A model generated the notes under the pieces. It worked only from the letters and a program-made list of their open reading frames with translations. It ran no database searches and was not told the DNA's origin. A program made the position numbers and the translations under genes. From contig JBGUGD010000030.1 of assembly GCA_041697335.1 (NCBI GenBank), positions 89,665 to 153,664 of the forward strand: a stretch of DNA of 64,000 bases. Reading direction: 5' to 3'. This DNA is from Vampirovibrionaceae bacterium NZW_1234. Lineage in GTDB: Bacteria > Cyanobacteriota > Vampirovibrionia > Vampirovibrionales > JAGQHJ01. Shown piece after piece: positions 27,682 through 38,117 of this stretch (within the stretch, counting starts at the first letter, position 1; each line of letters starts with the position of its first letter).

Positions 27682-29010
27682 ATGGGTATGACCACCACTG
27701 AATGTCAAAAACACCGGGTGTACATTGAGGACATTGGCGAGCATCTGGATCAGGAAGTCTGCATCCAGGGGTGGCTCTATAACAAGCGCTCCAGTGGGAA
27801 GCTCCACTTTTTGCAAGTGCGTGACGGCACCAACACCATTCAATGTGTCATGTTCAAGGGCGACTTTTCGGAAGAGGTCTTTAAGCTGGCCGATGCTGCC
27901 CCCCAGGAATCTTCCGTCCGGGTGACCGGCAAGGTGGTTAAGGATGAGCGCTCGCCCTTGGGCTATGAGCTTCAGGTGACCGGCTTTGAACTCTTACATG
28001 AGGCCCTGGAATACCCCATTACCCCCAAGGAACACGGCACGGCCTTTTTGATGGATCACCGCCATCTGTGGCTTCGCTCCTCGCGTCAACATGCCATTAT
28101 GCGCATTCGCTCGGAAATTGTGAAAGCCGTTCGGGATTACTTTGATGAGAACGGTTTTACCCTGGTGGATGCCCCGATTTTTACACCCAATGCCTGTGAA
28201 GGCACCTCCACCCTGTTTGAAACCGAGTACTTTGAGGAAACAGCCTACCTGACCCAAAGCGGGCAGCTGTACATGGAAGCCGCCGCCGCCGCCTTTGGCA
28301 AGGCCTACTGCTTTGGCCCCACGTTTCGGGCGGAAAAGTCCAAGACCCGGCGTCACTTGACCGAGTTCTGGATGGTGGAACCCGAGGTGGCCTTTAACGA
28401 TCTGGAAGCCAATATCGATTTGGCCGAAGATTTTGTGGTCTATATCGTCTCCCGGGTCCTGGACAAGCGTCGCGAGGAGCTGAAAATTCTGGAGCGCGAC
28501 ATCAGCAAGCTGGAAAACATCAAAAAGCCCTTCCCCCGCATTACCTATGACGAGGCCATTCAAATCCTCCACGAAAAAGGCACCGAAGAGCAACGCGTGC
28601 CCTGGGGCGAAGACTTTGGTGGAGACGAAGAAACCGTGATATCCCAGCAATTCGATCGCCCGGTCTTCATCCATCGCTACCCGGTTGAGTGTAAGGCGTT
28701 TTATATGAAAGCCGATCCGGAAAACCCGAAACTGGCCCTGAACGTGGATATGATTGCCCCTGAAGGCTATGGCGAGGTCATTGGCGGGGGCCAGCGTGAA
28801 GATGATCATGAGGTTCTGTTGAAGAAGATTCAGGAACACCAATTGCCCCTGGAGGCCTTTGACTGGTATCTGGATTTGCGCAAATACGGTTCTTTCCCTC
28901 ACTCCGGCTTTGGGCTTGGGATTGAGCGTACGGTGGCCTGGATCTGCGGGCTTCATCACGTGCGTGAAACCATTCCGTTCCCGCGTCTGATGGGACGCCT
29001 CAGACCTTAG
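27682..29010 (+). CDS. asnS: asparaginyl-tRNA synthetase
   Basis: An N-terminal OB anticodon-binding domain plus class-II catalytic motifs ([19 protein letters not shown] motif 2; [10 protein letters not shown] motif 3). The 442-aa length fits AsnRS rather than AspRS. Confidence 0.85.
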   Translation: MGMTTTECQKHRVYIEDIGEHLDQEVCIQGWLYNKRSSGKLHFLQVRDGTNTIQCVMFKGDFSEEVFKLADAAPQESSVRVTGKVVKDERSPLGYELQVTGFELLHEALEYPITPKEHGTAFLMDHRHLWLRSSRQHAIMRIRSEIVKAVRDYFDENGFTLVDAPIFTPNACEGTSTLFETEYFEETAYLTQSGQLYMEAAAAAFGKAYCFGPTFRAEKSKTRRHLTEFWMVEPEVAFNDLEANIDLAEDFVVYIVSRVLDKRREELKILERDISKLENIKKPFPRITYDEAIQILHEKGTEEQRVPWGEDFGGDEETVISQQFDRPVFIHRYPVECKAFYMKADPENPKLALNVDMIAPEGYGEVIGGGQREDDHEVLLKKIQEHQLPLEAFDWYLDLRKYGSFPHSGFGLGIERTVAWICGLHHVRETIPFPRLMGRLRP

Positions 29011-29110
29011 TCGTCTTGCTTTTTGGCCTTCTGAAGGCCGCGTCCTCCCGGCGTGGGAGTTGTCGCGGGCCGGGTTGAAGTCTGGGACGCGTGCAGCCGA
29101 TACCGGGGGT

Positions 29111-29746
29111 ATGATGACTCGGATGCATGTCCTGATTCTGGTAATGATGCTGAGCCTGGCCGGGCTGGGCATCATGGCCATGGCGGCCGTGGCGGCCCCT
29201 TTGACGGTCAGTCCCAATCCGGAGGCCGATAGCGAGATCTCACCCCAGGACGAAGAAGGGGAGGAGCCGGATACCAAGCAGTATGCTCCCCCGCAAGGCA
29301 TGACCCAGGCCGCTCTGTTTCGTCAGCTTCAACCCCAGGTCTATCCGCGCTATGAGAAGAAAATCGTCTCGATTCACAAGAGCCTCAAAAATGCCTCTGC
29401 CTATTTGGACAGCCTGAATGGGGAGATGCCCTCGCTCCAGCGTATCTGTGCCTTTGATGCCGATGTCTGGCTGGATTGGACCGATGTGGATCAGCGCTTG
29501 ACCGAGAAAGAAAAAGCCTTTCGCTCCTATCAGCTCATTCGAGAAGCCGTGCTGGAGCTTCATGGGTTGGCCCGGTATTGGGCCACGGCCGAAAAAATGA
29601 AGCGCGTCTACCGCGGGACCATTCAGGACGAGCAACAGGATTTGGCCGTGATTCAAGGGCGCACCCAGCGCATCAAGGCGGCCCTGAAGGCGCTTCATGA
29701 ATTCGATGTCCTGAAGCAGGATTTAAACGCCGAATTGCCGTATTAG
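29111..29746 (+). CDS. hypothetical secreted/periplasmic protein
   Basis: A signal peptide (MMTRMHVLILVMMLSLAGLGIMAMAAVAAP) followed by an acidic region. I recognise no domain. The ATG at 29111 follows a GGGGG purine tract. Confidence 0.5.
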   Translation: MMTRMHVLILVMMLSLAGLGIMAMAAVAAPLTVSPNPEADSEISPQDEEGEEPDTKQYAPPQGMTQAALFRQLQPQVYPRYEKKIVSIHKSLKNASAYLDSLNGEMPSLQRICAFDADVWLDWTDVDQRLTEKEKAFRSYQLIREAVLELHGLARYWATAEKMKRVYRGTIQDEQQDLAVIQGRTQRIKAALKALHEFDVLKQDLNAELPY

Positions 29747-29767
29747 ATGAAATCGGGCTCGCTGGGC

Positions 29768-30838
29768 TTAGAAGTTTCGCTGGGTGATGTATAGACTCAG
29801 CTGGTTCAGGGCGTCTTTGTAAGGGCTTTGCGGTAAAAACGCAATGGCGTCCCGGGCACGTTGGGTGTAATCATCGGCCAGGGCCTGGGTTTTATCCACA
29901 ATGTTGACCTGGTTCAGCATGCTCAGCAGCGCTTCCTGAGTGGCATGCTGTTGGTCTTGCGACTCGGGCGGGTTGAACAGCGCTTCAATTAGCCCGATGA
30001 GTTTTTCCCGAGTGGTGGGATCCTGGGCATAGGCTTCGAGAGCCAATAAAACCGGCGCATTGAGGATGCCGTTTTTCAGATCATCCAGCACGGGTTTGCC
30101 CAATTGCTCGGCAGAGCTGGTGTAATCCAACAGGTCATCGATAATCTGGAAGGCAATGCCGCAATATTCGCCGTATTGACGCAGACGCTGGATGTCAGCT
30201 TCGTCCAATTGGTTGAGAACCCCGGCCGATTCGCAGCATGCGGCAAACAAAGAGGCGGTTTTGCAGATGGATTTTTTGAAGTAGCTGTCCCAGGTGGTTT
30301 CCAGATCAAAGCTGGTGCGGATTTGCTCGACTTCGCCCTCGCACAGGTTGGCCAGAACGATGGCAAAGATTGAGACCAGGCGGCAGTTGTTGAGGCGCGA
30401 CAGTTTCAAGCTGGCCTGGGCCAGAAGGTAATCCCCGCTTAAAATGGAAACTTTGTTGCCCCACAAGGAGCGAATGGTGGGCTTGCCCCGGCGCAGATCC
30501 GCGTCGTCCAGGACATCATCATGCAAGAGGGTGGCCACATGGATGAGTTCGGCCACGGCCGCCGTTTCCACATGGGCTGGATCAATCTGGCCACTGGCCC
30601 CGGAGGCCATTAGGGTGAGCAGGGGGCGGAGCATTTTGCCCCGGGCCTGCATGGTATGGGCCACGGTTTGCGCCAACAGCTCTGTGTCGGGAGGGACAAT
30701 CTGGGTAAGGCTCGCTTTGACCTCTAACAGCTCAGCCTCAAGCAAGGCATACATGCCCTGAATGTCGAGGCTTGGGGGTGCCACCGCTGCTGAGGGTGCT
30801 TTCGCCATCATAACCTGCGTTGTGTCCACCTTCATCAA
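29768..30838 (-). CDS. trans-polyprenyl (octa-/solanesyl-type) diphosphate synthase
   Basis: The first Asp-rich motif LLHDDVLDDADLRRGKPT and the second motif IIDDLLDY. The length is about 330-356 aa. Confidence 0.85.
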   Translation of the reverse strand: MMKVDTTQVMMAKAPSAAVAPPSLDIQGMYALLEAELLEVKASLTQIVPPDTELLAQTVAHTMQARGKMLRPLLTLMASGASGQIDPAHVETAAVAELIHVATLLHDDVLDDADLRRGKPTIRSLWGNKVSILSGDYLLAQASLKLSRLNNCRLVSIFAIVLANLCEGEVEQIRTSFDLETTWDSYFKKSICKTASLFAACCESAGVLNQLDEADIQRLRQYGEYCGIAFQIIDDLLDYTSSAEQLGKPVLDDLKNGILNAPVLLALEAYAQDPTTREKLIGLIEALFNPPESQDQQHATQEALLSMLNQVNIVDKTQALADDYTQRARDAIAFLPQSPYKDALNQLSLYITQRNF

Positions 30839-30944
30839 AATGCTCTCTTATTATCCTGAAGACAACGACCGTCGTCAAAAATCTTTTACATGACCCTGGT
30901 GACGACCTATGGCAAAATAGCCCTACTAAGGAGTCTCAGCTCGA

Positions 30945-33269
30945 ATGCACGCCCCTCAGCCCCCGTTGCAATCCCCGGTGTCTCTGTCGGTTCGGACCGG
31001 CGAGGTGCTCTGTCCTTCATTTTTTTGTGCCCGGTGGTTTTCTGAAACCCAACTGGGAGAAGCTCCTTTTGGCGTTGACGTGCAGGTGTCCGACGTTTCC
31101 AGCTGGATTTCCCGGACGTTGCCTCATGATTCGGGTTTGACCTCTCTGGGGGATCAAGGCCGTTTGCTCGTGGCCCGATGCCAGCCCGATGGGCCATGGG
31201 CCTCTCGGATGCTGGCGTTTTATGGGGCCTCTTTTTTGCCCCCCGCACTTCAGCCTTGTGCGGCTCACGTCAATGGGCGCCATCACGCATTTTCAGACCA
31301 TGTAAATCGGTCCTTGCTCCAAGCGCCTGATGGAACCCGAGCCTGGGTCGAGGCCCCGTCCGTATACGAGGCACAGCGCGTGTTATTGGCCCAACTGAAG
31401 GGCGTGTTGTCTCAAGGCGTTTCCCCGGAGGCGGTGTTGATTCTCTGTCCGGATGCGATGACTACTCGGGATTGGGGGAACCGGTTGACGTTAGAAGGTG
31501 TTCCGGTGTGGGGCTGGCCCTCGATGGAGGACTGGCAATGCTGTCTGGCCTTGGAACAATGGCTGATGATCTGCCATCGGATTCAGGAGCAGGGATGGAC
31601 CACGCTGGAGGAGGTTCTCAACGATCCGGGGGTGCTTTCAACCGGGCGTGCCATAAACACAATGATGGGCCCCCTGGGGTTGTCCGAGCCCTTGGCCATG
31701 CTTGCTTTTCAAGGGGTTCTGTCGGGGCAGGGGCCTGGCGAGGTCTTGAAGATCAGTCTTGAGAACGGCCTGGGGCGTTCGTGGTCGGCGGCCATGAAAG
31801 GTTGTCTGTGGGCTTTATGGGCTGAGGTCTCACAGCCTCATACAGCAGGAACGGACGGGGTTTCAGGGTTTGCCCATGCCGCTCATCGACTTCAAGCTAT
31901 GCAGCAGGCATGGCTCTTTCAGCCCAATAAGCCGGGTGTTCGCGTGGTGACTCTGGCAGAGGGGCTGGGCATTGTGTCCCCCTACCTCTTTCTGCCGCAG
32001 TTGGAGAACACGCTGATGGCGCTGGATGCGGATACACACGTGTCCGATCCCTTTTCGCCGCAAGTTTCGCTGTGGCAGCAGATCGCGGTGTGCGGATCCG
32101 TGGTGGCCGGGCTGAGCGATGCCGGGCTGTCCTGGGAGATGGCATCGGCACTTCAGGCCCACTTGGCCTCGTGGGAACGCTTGCCGGTGTTGCCCCCTGA
32201 AGATGCCATGGCCCCGTTTGTGATGACCTATGATGCCGACTCGCCGTGGCTACAGGATGACGGTGAATGGCAGGCGAAAGACCCCGCTTTGGTCTTAGGC
32301 CCCAAGGAAGAGATTGCCCTATCGCCGTCGTCGGTGGAGACTTTTTTACGCTGTCCACGACAGTTTTTTTATCAGCATCTGCTGGCGCTTCGTGACCCGG
32401 CCCAAAGTCCCCAAGCGGCTTTGGGAACCTTGGTCCATCGCCTGATGGAGTGTCTGAATCAACAACCCGAAACCGAGCGAACCTTTGCGTGGCTGATGAC
32501 TCTGGTGGATCAGTTGTTTTCCGATCCGCCCGATGCGCATGCCCTTCGCCTGGCCGGGTTGATGCCTCCCGATTGGGAAGAGATTTCAGAGCTTACGGCT
32601 CTGGAGCGCTATCAGCTGCATCAGTATCTGCGGGCGGCGTTTCAGGATTTGGAGGCCCAGGGGTATTTTCGACACACGGCTCCGGTGGTGGCGGTGGAGA
32701 AGCCCTTATCCTTTGTGCAGCCGGATCTGTTACCCGGCTTGATGCTTCGGGGGCGTGCAGATGTGATTCGTCACAAGCCGATGGGAGGCCTGGAAATCCT
32801 GGATTACAAGACCACCCGGGCCAAGTATGCTTCCAGTAAGTATGAAACCAACATGCAGCCCTTATGGCATGCGCTGGACCCGGTGGATTGGGAAGCGCCC
32901 GAACGGGAGCGCCAGTTTGGCGGCCGGGAGTATCAGTTGCCCTTGTACTGGCTGATGGCCCAGGCCACACCCGAATATGAGGGTCAGGCCGTCGATGTCT
33001 CCATTCAGCTGGTTCGCGCACCCAAGCCCGGCAAACCGGCCAGTGGCTGTGGGACATACACCCTGACCCATGGGGAACTCCAGGCGGGCAAGGCGCATCT
33101 TTTGGACATGCTTCGTCGGGGTGTGTTAGAGCCATTGAAGGTGGCGTCTCATTTTGAGCCCTTGGGCGATCCGGCAAGCCATTGTGCCTACTGTGCCTAT
33201 ACTCATCTGTGTGAAGGGCCTCAAGGGCAGCAAGAGGAGGATGAGGATGGAGGTTTTGGGGACGAATGA
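30945..33269 (+). CDS. AddB-like PD-(D/E)XK nuclease subunit with a C-terminal Fe-S (Cys4) staple
   Basis: No Walker A is present. The C-terminal third has RCPRQFFYQHL...RGRADVIRH...EILDYKTTRAKY (a DxnExK-like nuclease core) and HCAYCAYTHLC. The stop overlaps the start of the downstream helicase (ATGA). Confidence 0.65.
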   Translation: MHAPQPPLQSPVSLSVRTGEVLCPSFFCARWFSETQLGEAPFGVDVQVSDVSSWISRTLPHDSGLTSLGDQGRLLVARCQPDGPWASRMLAFYGASFLPPALQPCAAHVNGRHHAFSDHVNRSLLQAPDGTRAWVEAPSVYEAQRVLLAQLKGVLSQGVSPEAVLILCPDAMTTRDWGNRLTLEGVPVWGWPSMEDWQCCLALEQWLMICHRIQEQGWTTLEEVLNDPGVLSTGRAINTMMGPLGLSEPLAMLAFQGVLSGQGPGEVLKISLENGLGRSWSAAMKGCLWALWAEVSQPHTAGTDGVSGFAHAAHRLQAMQQAWLFQPNKPGVRVVTLAEGLGIVSPYLFLPQLENTLMALDADTHVSDPFSPQVSLWQQIAVCGSVVAGLSDAGLSWEMASALQAHLASWERLPVLPPEDAMAPFVMTYDADSPWLQDDGEWQAKDPALVLGPKEEIALSPSSVETFLRCPRQFFYQHLLALRDPAQSPQAALGTLVHRLMECLNQQPETERTFAWLMTLVDQLFSDPPDAHALRLAGLMPPDWEEISELTALERYQLHQYLRAAFQDLEAQGYFRHTAPVVAVEKPLSFVQPDLLPGLMLRGRADVIRHKPMGGLEILDYKTTRAKYASSKYETNMQPLWHALDPVDWEAPERERQFGGREYQLPLYWLMAQATPEYEGQAVDVSIQLVRAPKPGKPASGCGTYTLTHGELQAGKAHLLDMLRRGVLEPLKVASHFEPLGDPASHCAYCAYTHLCEGPQGQQEEDEDGGFGDE

Positions 33270-36200
33270 CCCAGATGTCCTTGTTTGAACCCATGGCTTC
33301 GCCGCCACCTTTGGACCAGTTGTGTGAAGGTTTGAATGATGCCCAAAAAGCTGCTGTGATGGCCCCCATCACGGCTTCTCTGCAAGTGTTGGCCGGGGCG
33401 GGGACCGGGAAAACCGAACTGATTACCCGGCGTTTTGCCAAGCTGGCGTTGGAGTTGTCGGGCCATGATGTTCCGGACCCGACCGCTGCACTGTGGGTCT
33501 CCACCTTTACGGACAAGGCCGCTCAAGAGATGCATGAGCGCATCGCCGCCTATTTGCTGGAGTCCGGCGGGTTGATGCTGCATGCCAAACCCTGGATTGG
33601 GACGTTTCATAGTCTGTGTCAACGGATTTTGCAGCAGCATCGAGACAAAACCCCCTATCCTGACGGATATCAGGTGGTGACCGATATTGAGTTGGAACTG
33701 CTTCGAGAGCGCATGATTTCGCTCTTGATGTCGGGGCAGGGGGTGGACTGGCCCACCATTTTTCAGCTGCATCATTTGCCCCTTGAGCCTGGCTGTGTGT
33801 CCCTGGAGACCTTGCAACGGCTCGCCTTTGGCAGCTATGAGCAGGTGTTTACGGAAATTGTCTTTACGGTGATTCCTCGCCTGAAGGCTGCAGGCCTTTC
33901 CCCTGAAGAGTTTTATCACCAGGCACGGGATCAGGCGCGTGAATTGACCCGATCGCTACAGGCGATGCCCTGTGAAGATGCCTTAAGCGGTGAGCCCTGG
34001 TTTAGCCATGACGCATACGCACGTGAATGGGGACGCTATTTGCGGCCCTGGTCTCACGATCGTTTCTCATTTGAGCCGCATGGGTGGGCCGTGGAGATTG
34101 CCGCCTACAAGGCGCGGTTGGCCGGTAAAGAGCCTCCCTCTGACGAAGCGCTCTTAAAGGATGCCTTGAGCCCTTTTTACAAAACCAAGTACTTTGTGAC
34201 CCACGATGGGCGTAAGAAAAAGCAGCCCTTTGCCCATGGAACCCGAGATCGCGCCGATCTGAGCGATCTGTTGCAGGTGGAAGAGCAGTGTATTGCTGTG
34301 GTGGCTGCTGTCTTTGCCTTGTACCAGTCCATGCTTCTGTCTCAAGCCAGTTGCGATTTTGATGATCTGATTGCCGAAACCGTGAGACTCTTAACCCGCC
34401 ATCCGGACGTGCAACGGGCCTATCAAAACCGCTTTGCCCATTTTCTGGTGGACGAGTTTCAAGATTCTAATGGCGGACAGCTTCAGTTGATTCAACTGTT
34501 GGCGGGGCAGCCGGTGAAAAACATCACGGTTGTGGGTGACATGAAGCAATCGATTTACGGGTTCCGTTTTGCTGAGCCTGAAAACCTGCATGTGTTGTTT
34601 CACAATCAACCGACTCTGGAGCAGATTGCCTTACAAACCAACTATCGCTCTCATGCCGGGATTTTGGGCGTGGCCAACCGGATTACGGATATGATGCACC
34701 TGCCGGTCTCGGAACATTTGTCTCCATGCACCAATCCGCCGGACTGTCCACCCAACGCCCTCAAGTGGCTCACCGTGGATGGGGCGCATTCTCTGGCGGA
34801 GGGCAAGACCATGGAAGTGGACTGGATTGCCCAGACCATTGCCACGCTGCTGGACCATCACGAGTATTCTCCCAAGGAGATTGCGGTTCTGGTTCGGGAT
34901 CATCGAAAGGCCCTTCGTATTGAAGCGGCCTTGGAGGCCTATGGCATTCCGGCCATTAAGCAGCGAAATCTGGGGTTCTTTCAATCCACGGTGATCCAGC
35001 AGGCTGTGGCCCTGATGACGGTGGTTGCGGATCCGCACAACGATATGGCGCTGATGAACCTGCTTCAGCGACGGCTGACGCATCGCCAGCTCTATTGCTT
35101 GGCCAAAGGCCATCAGCGGGTAAAGCACGCCATGAAACAAGCGGTGGGAGCCGTGTCGCTTTCGTATTTTGATGTGTTGGATCGCTTGGGGCAGATGTCT
35201 CCAGAGGAAGGTCAAGGGTGGCTTTCGGATCTGGACCCGGTACGGCCGTTTTTATTGTGGTTGACCCAAACCCTGTCTCAGTTGCATCAGGAGCAACAGT
35301 ATTTGCGCCCGTGCCATGTGTTTGAGCGTATTTTGCAGTACTTTCCACTGGTGACTCCGGGGCAATGGGATGAACTCACCACGAGAAAAGCCTTGAAACA
35401 CCTGGATTTGTTCAAGCGCATGCTCTACCACTGGGTCAACCGGGCCCGCCAGCCCTTGACCATGGAAGAGGCCCTGGTGTTGATTCAGCGTTACCAGGCC
35501 AAAGACGACCTGGAATTGCCGGTGGAGCAGGATGCTTTTGCCGAAGATGCGGTTCGCATTATGACGGTGCATGGATCCAAGGGGTTGCAGTTCCCGGTGG
35601 TTTTTCTGGCCGGGGTGGATCGTTTCCGCAAGAGTCGCGAAAGCGGTTTGTTTACACTGGATCCTCAATACCCGGGTAAAGCGGGCTTTGGCTTGATGCT
35701 CAACAAGTGGCAAGAGCAGCCGAGCCTGAAAAAAGTGGTCTACGACACGGTGTGGAAGGTCCCCCGGAATCTGGAAGAGGAGCTTCGTCTGTTCTATGTG
35801 GGGGTCACTCGGGCGAAAAATCGTCTGTACTTATCGTCGTTTTCCCAGTCGTTCCCTTATGTGAATCCTGTCTTTTTCCGGGATAAAGCGGTCTTGGCGC
35901 TGTCGCCGGATGAAGTGCCCTGGCTGGAGGGGGACGACCAGAATGCGCTGGCCACCCGGTTGAAAGCCCGTTATGTCCAACCCATTGTCTGGGAAGCCCG
36001 GTCTCCTCGAACGCTGGGTGAAGCTCATACGGATACCGCTCTCCCTCCTTCTTCCGCTGCTTCACGTCCAAATCCGGCTGCCAAGCTGTCGATAACCTTC
36101 GATACCGTTATCCATTTTGCCCAGTGCCCCACGCGGGGGTGGTTGCATCATCTGCTGGGGGCAGCTCCGACGACAATCAAGGCTGAGCCGCTTGGGTATC

Positions 36201-36541
36201 AGCCGGTTCAGTGGGGCGAGACGCTGGTTATTGGGTGGGATGTGGCATGGTCCGGAACCTCCTTGGAGGCATGGGATACGCATCGCTCATGGCAAAAGGC
36301 ATTATTGGACTGTTTTTGTGCTCAGGTTAATCAACCGGGTCCTCAAATCACATGGTTGCCGTTGCCGGAGGGCAACGCCAGCTGTGAATCGTCTATGCCT
36401 TTGGAAACGGTGTTAGCGCATTTTGAAAAAGCCTGTGGCGCTGAGGCGCCTGGATGGCGAAACTTGCCAATACCGGATTCAGAAGTCTTATGCACGACCT
36501 GTCCTTATAGGACATGCTGCCCTGTTGGGCAGGAAGCCTAA
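33266..36541 (+). CDS. AddA/UvrD-family SF1 helicase subunit with a Cys-rich C-terminal module
   Basis: The Walker A AGAGTGKTELITRR, a UvrD-like motif progression (VDEFQDSN, TNYRSHAG, VHGSKGLQFPVVFL), and the C-terminal QCP...CTTCPYRTCC. Confidence 0.75.
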   Translation: MTQMSLFEPMASPPPLDQLCEGLNDAQKAAVMAPITASLQVLAGAGTGKTELITRRFAKLALELSGHDVPDPTAALWVSTFTDKAAQEMHERIAAYLLESGGLMLHAKPWIGTFHSLCQRILQQHRDKTPYPDGYQVVTDIELELLRERMISLLMSGQGVDWPTIFQLHHLPLEPGCVSLETLQRLAFGSYEQVFTEIVFTVIPRLKAAGLSPEEFYHQARDQARELTRSLQAMPCEDALSGEPWFSHDAYAREWGRYLRPWSHDRFSFEPHGWAVEIAAYKARLAGKEPPSDEALLKDALSPFYKTKYFVTHDGRKKKQPFAHGTRDRADLSDLLQVEEQCIAVVAAVFALYQSMLLSQASCDFDDLIAETVRLLTRHPDVQRAYQNRFAHFLVDEFQDSNGGQLQLIQLLAGQPVKNITVVGDMKQSIYGFRFAEPENLHVLFHNQPTLEQIALQTNYRSHAGILGVANRITDMMHLPVSEHLSPCTNPPDCPPNALKWLTVDGAHSLAEGKTMEVDWIAQTIATLLDHHEYSPKEIAVLVRDHRKALRIEAALEAYGIPAIKQRNLGFFQSTVIQQAVALMTVVADPHNDMALMNLLQRRLTHRQLYCLAKGHQRVKHAMKQAVGAVSLSYFDVLDRLGQMSPEEGQGWLSDLDPVRPFLLWLTQTLSQLHQEQQYLRPCHVFERILQYFPLVTPGQWDELTTRKALKHLDLFKRMLYHWVNRARQPLTMEEALVLIQRYQAKDDLELPVEQDAFAEDAVRIMTVHGSKGLQFPVVFLAGVDRFRKSRESGLFTLDPQYPGKAGFGLMLNKWQEQPSLKKVVYDTVWKVPRNLEEELRLFYVGVTRAKNRLYLSSFSQSFPYVNPVFFRDKAVLALSPDEVPWLEGDDQNALATRLKARYVQPIVWEARSPRTLGEAHTDTALPPSSAASRPNPAAKLSITFDTVIHFAQCPTRGWLHHLLGAAPTTIKAEPLGYQPVQWGETLVIGWDVAWSGTSLEAWDTHRSWQKALLDCFCAQVNQPGPQITWLPLPEGNASCESSMPLETVLAHFEKACGAEAPGWRNLPIPDSEVLCTTCPYRTCCPVGQEA

Positions 36542-36656
36542 GTGGCATGCGACCTGAAATCAATGGTTGAAGTTCAGGTGTGCTTGATGAATCATGCTGA
36601 GTGATGCATGGGTTTTATCCTGTTCATCAACGCATCCCCCTATGGAGTTTGATCAC

Positions 36657-38117
36657 ATGTCCTCCCAGCCCCTGACCCACGGTACTGCCCCTGTCGCTCA
36701 GCCGATGAAAGGCAAATCCATTTGGTCTGATATTGTGACGTGTTTTCGCTCGGTTCAATTGGCCATTGTCTTATTGTCACTCTTGGCCATCGGGACCATC
36801 ATCGGGGTTGTGATGCCCCAGGAAGGGATGGTTGAGCTGGCCACGATTCGGGAAAAGTACGGCAATAACTTTGAATTGTTGCGCGATTTGGGGTGCTTTA
36901 ACGTCTACTCGTCGTTTTGGTTTATTACCCTTCAAATTCTCTTCTTCTTTAATCTTTTGATCGGCAGCTTTAAATGGCTGAAGCCTGCGACATTGGCGGC
37001 AATTCAGAAGCCCTTGTTGACGCCTGAGGTGATGGCCTTGAAACCCGATGCCCACAGCCTGCCGGTGTTGCTCAATGGGTCTCAAGATGCGGTTCAGGCC
37101 TCTGTCGTGAATCGCTTGAAGGCCCTTCGCTATGGGGTTCATCAAAGTGATGACGGCCGGATTTATGCCAGTAAAGGCAATATCACTCGTCTGGGGCCGT
37201 CGATTGCGCACTTGGGGATTCTGATTTGTTTGATTGCCGGGGTTTATAGCAGCTTTACCGGGTTTAAGGCTGTACGTATGGCGATTCCCGGAGAAACCTT
37301 TTCCCTTCACGAGGCCAATACCTTTAAAACGAACGTGCCCCAGCCGATTTGGTTGGGCTCTGTCCCTGAGTGGAAGGTTCGGGTCAATGATTTTCAGGTG
37401 GAATTTTATGAAGATCACCCGCAAACCGCCAAGCAGTATTACAGCAAGCTGGATGTGGTGAACCAAAAAGGCCAGGTCCTTAAGTCCGAGACGATTTCCG
37501 TCAATCACCCCCTCGTGTATGACAATATTTCCATTTATCAGGCCAGCTATGCCCCCACCGGCCGGTTTTTATTGACGATGGATGGTAAGCCGCTGACGGT
37601 GACGGTGAATAGCCAGTTTAACCAGCGCCCCATCAGTATTACCGAATTGCCCGGGGGCAGCAGTTTGATTATGTTCCCGTTTTTTGCCCAGCAGGATCCC
37701 GGGGTCACTCAAAATTATGCGGTCTTTTTCTTGCGAAAGCCCGGAGAGCCCATTAATACTGGTGTGATGCCGGAAAATATCCGTTTGACCCAAGGCCGTA
37801 GCGGGAGCTTGAAAGGCCATACCATCACCTACCTGCAGCCGGAGATGTCCACCGGGCTTCAAATCAAGCGGGCGCCGGAAGTGCCTTTGATGTATGCGTC
37901 TTACCTGATTATTGCTCTGGGCGCAGTGCTTTGCTTCTTCTCCCAACGCCGGGTCTGGCTGGCCTTGAAGGAAGTACGTCCCCATCAGTGGGAAGCTTCG
38001 ATATATCCGCAGACCAACAAGGGCTGGATCTCCTTTCGTCAGGAATTGGCCGTTTTACAGGCTACCCTGATGCGACTTGCACCCCCTCAACCGACCGTGG
38101 AAGGACCAAGAAGATGA
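36657..38117 (+). CDS. ccsB: cytochrome c biogenesis protein ResB/Ccs1 (system II)
   Basis: An N-terminal TM helix, a large periplasmic domain and C-terminal TMs. The gene is immediately upstream of ccsA and translationally coupled to it. A GGAG RBS precedes the ATG at 36657. Confidence 0.8.
   Translation: MSSQPLTHGTAPVAQPMKGKSIWSDIVTCFRSVQLAIVLLSLLAIGTIIGVVMPQEGMVELATIREKYGNNFELLRDLGCFNVYSSFWFITLQILFFFNLLIGSFKWLKPATLAAIQKPLLTPEVMALKPDAHSLPVLLNGSQDAVQASVVNRLKALRYGVHQSDDGRIYASKGNITRLGPSIAHLGILICLIAGVYSSFTGFKAVRMAIPGETFSLHEANTFKTNVPQPIWLGSVPEWKVRVNDFQVEFYEDHPQTAKQYYSKLDVVNQKGQVLKSETISVNHPLVYDNISIYQASYAPTGRFLLTMDGKPLTVTVNSQFNQRPISITELPGGSSLIMFPFFAQQDPGVTQNYAVFFLRKPGEPINTGVMPENIRLTQGRSGSLKGHTITYLQPEMSTGLQIKRAPEVPLMYASYLIIALGAVLCFFSQRRVWLALKEVRPHQWEASIYPQTNKGWISFRQELAVLQATLMRLAPPQPTVEGPRR

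Noticed and set aside
36553-36580. CCTGAA-N14-TTCAGG hairpin after the AddA-like gene
   Set aside because: There is no downstream T-tract. It could be an mRNA-stabilising stem but not a convincing intrinsic terminator.
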